DNA from: a virus
IMG/VR virus record: IMGVR_UViG_3300047476_000982
Coordinates: 96,001-160,000 of that record
Reading direction: 5' to 3' (one strand)
DNA length: 64,000 bases
Part shown: one piece after another, positions 59,597 through 64,000 of the stretch
Position numbering within the stretch: the first letter of the stretch is position 1
How the letters are laid out: the number at the start of each line of letters is the position of its first letter
Position numbers and translations under genes: made by a program
Notes under the pieces: generated by a model
Database searches by the model: none
What the model was told of the DNA's origin: nothing
The model's input: only the letters and a program-made list of their open reading frames with translations

Positions 59597-61492
59597 TTAA
59601 AGTATTAAAAAGGGTTTAGTAATAATTTTCTTTTGATCCGTCATTGATAAATAGTAGTTACCTTGTCTTAAGTTAGTAGCATCTATTTTATAATTTGCTG
59701 TTAATGCATATTCATTGCTTGATAGTTTACCTAGATCTTTAACTGGGCGTCCAGTTACATCAAATATCATAGCATTCATATTCATGTTATTTCTAGGGAA
59801 AGTAACTACTAATTCAAACATACCGTTATTTGGATTAGGACGAATTGATGTAACTACCTCTTCATCGCTACCATTATAATATCCAGGTATTCTTCTACTT
59901 GATAATGCTACTATATCAGACTGAAGCACGATATTAAATCTATCTCCATTTTGATCACCTGCATCCATTAATTTACGTACTTTAATATAGCTAGTAATAT
60001 CATTGTTACCTATAGGAGAAAATTTAAGTTTAAACGGCATATAATTGCCAGTTATATATCCTACGTTTTGATTATTCATTCCACCAAAACGAATAGTTCC
60101 AGTTTGTGCATCATGGTTTACATATTGTAACCACGGACCTTGAATATTAGATACAATCTCTTCAAATTTTACTTTAGTTCTATCATAAGTCATTTCAAAT
60201 TGAAGTGATGCATTTTGAAGTCCATTCGTACTAACATTCATTGGAACATATAGTGGTTCTCCTACATTAGCAAATGTGTTAGGTATGTTAACATTTAAGT
60301 TGCCTATAGTATTATAAGCCACTATTTCTTGGTTGTTAGCATCAAATACAGGTGATGAGTGGCTTCTATTTACGTCACCTACAATTGCATATTTAAGATT
60401 AACTACAAGATTAGCTGTACCTATACTGTCATAAACAAAGTCCATTCTATCTAAGAATGCAGGCCAAGATGTCCATTGATTTTCACCTAATACTAAATTA
60501 TCATATTCAGTAGCAGTAAATACTTTAATTAATCCTGCCGTATCGATTTGTTTTAAACCAGCTACAGAAGCATAAATACCATAAGCGTCTCCACCATCTA
60601 ATCCAGCACTCTTATTAATATCAGCTTGTAAGTAACTCAATCCTGATTTTAAGTATTGTCTTGTGTATACTTGATTTACATCTGTATTAACAAATTCATC
60701 ATACACTTTAGCACCATCAGTTATTGTTACAGCGTTATCTCTAATTGTAGTTAATTCAGCTTTAGGGAATAATAATTGTATTTTATATTTTGTATTTTGT
60801 TCAATATTATCTAATGTGTAAGTACCATCAGTAGCAATAGCAACACTTGAAGCAACGGTACCATCAACTGCATCTATTGCTAATACTGTAGGTTTAGAAG
60901 TCATATTAGCAGCCAACCATACTTTACCTGAAATGGTTAAGTTACCTTTTAAGAATACGGACATGCTCTTATTAGTAAGATTAGCTACATTATCTCCTAT
61001 TGTATTACCATCTTGAGTGAATAATCTAGCCCAGTTAATTGTAATAGAATCAGATACGAAGTTTGCTTCTACTGAGTTAATTTTATACTTGTTGTGTATA
61101 ATATAAGCTTGAGATCCAATTTGATTACCACTAGCTAAGATTAAATAGTTACGAGCTACAGTCCAAGCAGTGTCAGATACATAAGTATAATTACCTGCGG
61201 TATAGCCTGAGTATTTAGAATTATCAAATTGCTTATAGTCAATATAAGGAGTTTGAGTTGCAAATGCTACATCAACAGTAGTTGCAATGTGAGTTAAAAG
61301 TCTTTTCTTATATTGAAAGTCAACTTGAAATGTACGAACATCTTTACTAGCAATAGGTTGATAATACCAGGCAACATCTAAAGTGTCACCTCTTTTAACA
61401 GTTGCGAGCTGTTGAAAGTGTCCGATTGAAGGTTGTTGGGCAAAGGAAGCATAACTAATTAATACTGCAAGCAGCGTTAATAGTTTTTTCAT
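59597..61492 (-). CDS. cohesin + dockerin-like protein with a T9SS type-A C-terminal sorting domain
   Basis: Two cohesin-like segments (FQVDFQY; LQFEMTYD); ADINKSAGLDGGDAY and GDVN; IRPNP...IFDVTGR...LRQGNYYL...KPFLIL. Confidence 0.8.
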   Translation of the reverse strand: MKKLLTLLAVLISYASFAQQPSIGHFQQLATVKRGDTLDVAWYYQPIASKDVRTFQVDFQYKKRLLTHIATTVDVAFATQTPYIDYKQFDNSKYSGYTAGNYTYVSDTAWTVARNYLILASGNQIGSQAYIIHNKYKINSVEANFVSDSITINWARLFTQDGNTIGDNVANLTNKSMSVFLKGNLTISGKVWLAANMTSKPTVLAIDAVDGTVASSVAIATDGTYTLDNIEQNTKYKIQLLFPKAELTTIRDNAVTITDGAKVYDEFVNTDVNQVYTRQYLKSGLSYLQADINKSAGLDGGDAYGIYASVAGLKQIDTAGLIKVFTATEYDNLVLGENQWTSWPAFLDRMDFVYDSIGTANLVVNLKYAIVGDVNRSHSSPVFDANNQEIVAYNTIGNLNVNIPNTFANVGEPLYVPMNVSTNGLQNASLQFEMTYDRTKVKFEEIVSNIQGPWLQYVNHDAQTGTIRFGGMNNQNVGYITGNYMPFKLKFSPIGNNDITSYIKVRKLMDAGDQNGDRFNIVLQSDIVALSSRRIPGYYNGSDEEVVTSIRPNPNNGMFELVVTFPRNNMNMNAMIFDVTGRPVKDLGKLSSNEYALTANYKIDATNLRQGNYYLSMTDQKKIITKPFLIL

Positions 61493-61968
61493 AGTACGGT
61501 TTCAATTACGTTTATAATAGTTTTCTTGAGGGCAGAACGAGCTGATGCTTGGTTAAAACCACCTCCTTCATCTATTATCATCGTAGAAGTAGAGATTTCA
61601 GAAGATTTACCTGTTCCTAAGTATTCCTTAATTTTCTTTCCACCTTTGGTTAAAACTCCCTTAATCCTAATAATGGTCTCGTTGTCATTTTTATGAAACA
61701 CACTAACACCAGCACTAGTTTGCAAAACATCAAAATAAACAACTTCAAAACTAATTTTATAAGTAGAATCATTTTTTCCTACTATAGAATAACCTTTATC
61801 CATTATAGCTTCTTCCGCTATATTTTTTACACCTAAAACTAAATTTTTATTTCCTGCTAAAGGACCTATCTTAATATTATTAGATACGTCTCCAACATAA
61901 ATCTTAACATCTTGAGAAAAAGAGACTGCGCTCAAAAGTAAGCACAGTCCCAATAAAAAGTTCTTCAA
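61489..61968 (-). CDS. secreted protein, possibly CsgG/LptE-like alpha/beta fold
   Basis: Signal peptide; short similarity to the 58558 protein around LG.GKS.E. Confidence 0.5.
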   Translation of the reverse strand: MKNFLLGLCLLLSAVSFSQDVKIYVGDVSNNIKIGPLAGNKNLVLGVKNIAEEAIMDKGYSIVGKNDSTYKISFEVVYFDVLQTSAGVSVFHKNDNETIIRIKGVLTKGGKKIKEYLGTGKSSEISTSTMIIDEGGGFNQASARSALKKTIINVIETVL

Positions 61969-61980
61969 TCGTCAAATGGT

Positions 61981-62241
61981 TTAGTGAGCTAAACTATCAA
62001 CAACAATTACTGTGGTGTCTATTTGATTAACAACTGTGTCAACTACTTCTGTGCTATCAGGAAATGCTGCAGATATTTGATCAATAATAAGATCGAACTT
62101 TACTGCATCTTCACTAATATAGCCTTTCTGAACTGCAAATATTACAGCAGCAATAGCTACTACAGACAAAATAATAACTTGCTTCTTTTTACCTTTTAAC
62201 TTAGCTACTAAAGGAATGAGTTTTGATACTACGTTTTTCAT
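61981..62241 (-). CDS. single-TM hypothetical protein
   Basis: ORF track. Confidence 0.6.
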   Translation of the reverse strand: MKNVVSKLIPLVAKLKGKKKQVIILSVVAIAAVIFAVQKGYISEDAVKFDLIIDQISAAFPDSTEVVDTVVNQIDTTVIVVDSLAH

Positions 62242-62366
62242 TAATTGTTTTTTAAATGGTTTTCTATATTTTTTATAACCTTTATATTTTCATCAATTAA
62301 TTTACGATCTTTAAGGCCATTCCTTCTCGACTTCATTGGTCTTGGTTTTGGTGATTTTTTTGCCAT
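62241..62366 (-). CDS. small basic peptide (41 aa)
   Basis: Read manually: MAKKSPKPRPMKSRRNGLKDRK...; fills the gap exactly. Confidence 0.5.
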   Translation of the reverse strand: MAKKSPKPRPMKSRRNGLKDRKLIDENIKVIKNIENHLKNN

Positions 62367-62644
62367 TACAATACCTCCTCTACTGGTTCTTCTTCTTTAG
62401 CTCCAGCTTTTTTATTCACAAACTTATCTACAGATGCTATACCAAAACATCCTAATACTAACCACATAAATGCATCAAATATAAAATCATTGATTACTAA
62501 TGGTTTACCTAAATAACCTGTTATGATATCTGCTATTGCAAATCCTACCATCATTAAAAAGGCTAGAAAGCCTACTACAGACTTTTCATTAATATCGTTG
62601 TTATCTTTAAACAACTCTTTTAAAAAAGATTTTTTCGATTTCAC
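62366..62644 (-). CDS. two-TM membrane protein, holin candidate
   Basis: Two TM segments, charged C-terminus, directly downstream of the endolysin. Confidence 0.55.
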   Translation of the reverse strand: MKSKKSFLKELFKDNNDINEKSVVGFLAFLMMVGFAIADIITGYLGKPLVINDFIFDAFMWLVLGCFGIASVDKFVNKKAGAKEEEPVEEVL

Positions 62645-62691
62645 TTGTTATACTTTTAATTTAATAAATGTACAACCATTATGAAACTGAA

Positions 62692-63291
62692 CTACTTCAA
62701 TAAGTTATAGTACTCTTTGAAATGTTTGATTCTGTCAGGAAGACCTATGGTACCACCATTTACTCTTTTGGTAACTGAAGTAACTACAGCATCTGTAGCA
62801 CCTTGGTCTGCGATTTTATGAAGACCGTTCTTATGAAAAAACCATGCAGCAGATAATAGAGGATATTTAGTAGCAACTAAATCTGGATTATCTATAATTG
62901 ATTCTACAACTACTGCATCAAATGCTTTGTAGTTATCTTTACCAGTTAATTGAATATAGCCACGACCACGGAATTTCCAACCTTCACCAGAAGCTTCAGG
63001 GCCATTACCCATTCTAGCTCCATAAACTAGGTTAGCAATTTTTTCCGGTTTACGCTCGTATAATTTAGCTTTCTCTTCTGTTGGGAAATATTTCTTAAAT
63101 ATACCCAATAAACCTTTTGCTCCGTAGTTTAAATTTTCGTTAACTGCTTTAAAGCCGCCTGATTCATGGCCTGCTTGAGCAAGAAAATGTGCTAGACGAA
63201 GTGGAGTATTTAATTCAAATTTAGCAATTGTGTCAGGTAGCTGTGTAATAACAGCATCAGGGATGTGACCCTTTAACTTGTTTATATCCAT
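62692..63291 (-). CDS. GH19 (chitinase-class) endolysin
   Basis: LAHFLAQAGHESGGF, GWKFRGRGYIQLTGKDNY, TKRVNGG.IGL.DR. Confidence 0.95.
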   Translation of the reverse strand: MDINKLKGHIPDAVITQLPDTIAKFELNTPLRLAHFLAQAGHESGGFKAVNENLNYGAKGLLGIFKKYFPTEEKAKLYERKPEKIANLVYGARMGNGPEASGEGWKFRGRGYIQLTGKDNYKAFDAVVVESIIDNPDLVATKYPLLSAAWFFHKNGLHKIADQGATDAVVTSVTKRVNGGTIGLPDRIKHFKEYYNLLK

Positions 63292-63340
63292 AGTTTATAA
63301 ATAATTTACTTAATTTATTTACAACCTGGTTTCAAAACAA

Positions 63341-63484
63341 TTAAGAAAGTATATTGACTATTTTATTTACTAAATCTTTTCTTCCTAAAAATTCTAAGAT
63401 TGCTAAAGTTCCACCTAATGCTAGGGCAGATAATTGAACTACAATTATACTTTTTAAAGCAAACTCTATTATTCGGTTTTTCAT
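63341..63484 (-). CDS. small membrane peptide (47 aa)
   Basis: Read manually: MKNRIIEFALKSIIVVQLSALALGGTLAILEFLGRK...; late-type motif upstream. Confidence 0.55.
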   Translation of the reverse strand: MKNRIIEFALKSIIVVQLSALALGGTLAILEFLGRKDLVNKIVNILS

Positions 63485-63498
63485 AACATTTATAAATA

Positions 63499-63756
63499 TC
63501 ATCTAAATTGACTCAAAACTCTAGAAAGTTGATCTTTTGGCATAACTCCTGAGTTTCTGTAAGCTACTTGACCTTGCCCATCTAATATGATTAAAGTTGG
63601 TACAGAAGTTACAGAATACCTCTCTGCATAAGATGCATCATAGTCTACATTAATATAATTTATATTGATTCCTAATTCTCCAGATACTGTTTCTACAACT
63701 GGTTTAAACATCTTACATGGTCCACACCAAGGGGCAGTGAAATACAAAACTTGCAT
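63499..63756 (-). CDS. trxA: thioredoxin
   Basis: FTAPWCGPCK, SVPT. Confidence 0.95.
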   Translation of the reverse strand: MQVLYFTAPWCGPCKMFKPVVETVSGELGININYINVDYDASYAERYSVTSVPTLIILDGQGQVAYRNSGVMPKDQLSRVLSQFR

Positions 63757-63757
63757 A

Positions 63758-64000
63758 TTAATCTATTTTAAATTTAAAGTTAGTTAATTTTTCTACTTCT
63801 TTTATGTCTACTTTATTATTTTCTATTCCATCAGCTTTAGACTGATCATTTTCAAATATATAAGCTTGCCATTCATTTTTACTTTTTATATAAATAACTT
63901 TCCAACACTTATCAGGAACAGACACTTTACCTATCTTTCTTTTTTCTCCTACTGATCCTGTCCATACTTTAACTGAGTCTAAAGATTTTGCTAATTCTCT
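63758..64000 (-). CDS. C-terminus of a DNA/RNA non-specific endonuclease (partial)
   Basis: Read manually: VWTG...VSVPDKCWKVIY...AYIFEN...V.IKEVEKLTNFKF. Confidence 0.8.
   Translation of the reverse strand, partial: RELAKSLDSVKVWTGSVGEKRKIGKVSVPDKCWKVIYIKSKNEWQAYIFENDQSKADGIENNKVDIKEVEKLTNFKFKID

Noticed and set aside
1-64000. Stop-codon recoding
   Set aside because: Long conserved genes are intact under code 11, genes end in TAA, TAG and TGA, and no suppressor tRNA was found

Overview
This 64-kb AT-rich window is best read as part of a large lytic dsDNA phage of a Bacteroidota host. Phage evidence: dense short ORFs, a GH19 endolysin, holin-like genes, DUF932, GIY-YIG and HNH nucleases, and a baseplate-like domain. 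Host evidence: TAnnTTTG promoters, a T9SS C-terminal sorting domain, a TonB-dependent receptor and lipoproteins, and A-rich leaders. Apart from the first ~4.2 kb and one small holin-like gene, everything is on the minus strand. Contents: two glycosylation clusters (0.2-3.4 kb and 34.1-47.0 kb; about 14 GT-like genes in the whole window); a long run of small early-type ORFs with five copies of a promoter cassette carrying three 20-bp repeats; six tRNAs, a degenerate tRNA and a tmRNA; a PduO cobalamin adenosyltransferase; a lipoprotein + TonB receptor pair; a cohesin/dockerin/CsgG/T9SS surface-protein operon; and a lysis region. The strongest candidates for undescribed biology are (i) six tRNA-shaped RNAs with a conserved acceptor/D/T scaffold but a different 50-96 nt insert in place of the anticodon arm, (ii) the phage-encoded cohesin-dockerin/CsgG/T9SS outer-membrane module, and (iii) two ~330-370 nt structured RNA candidates near the tmRNA/tRNA cluster. 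All family assignments come from motifs read by eye; no database search or folding program was run.
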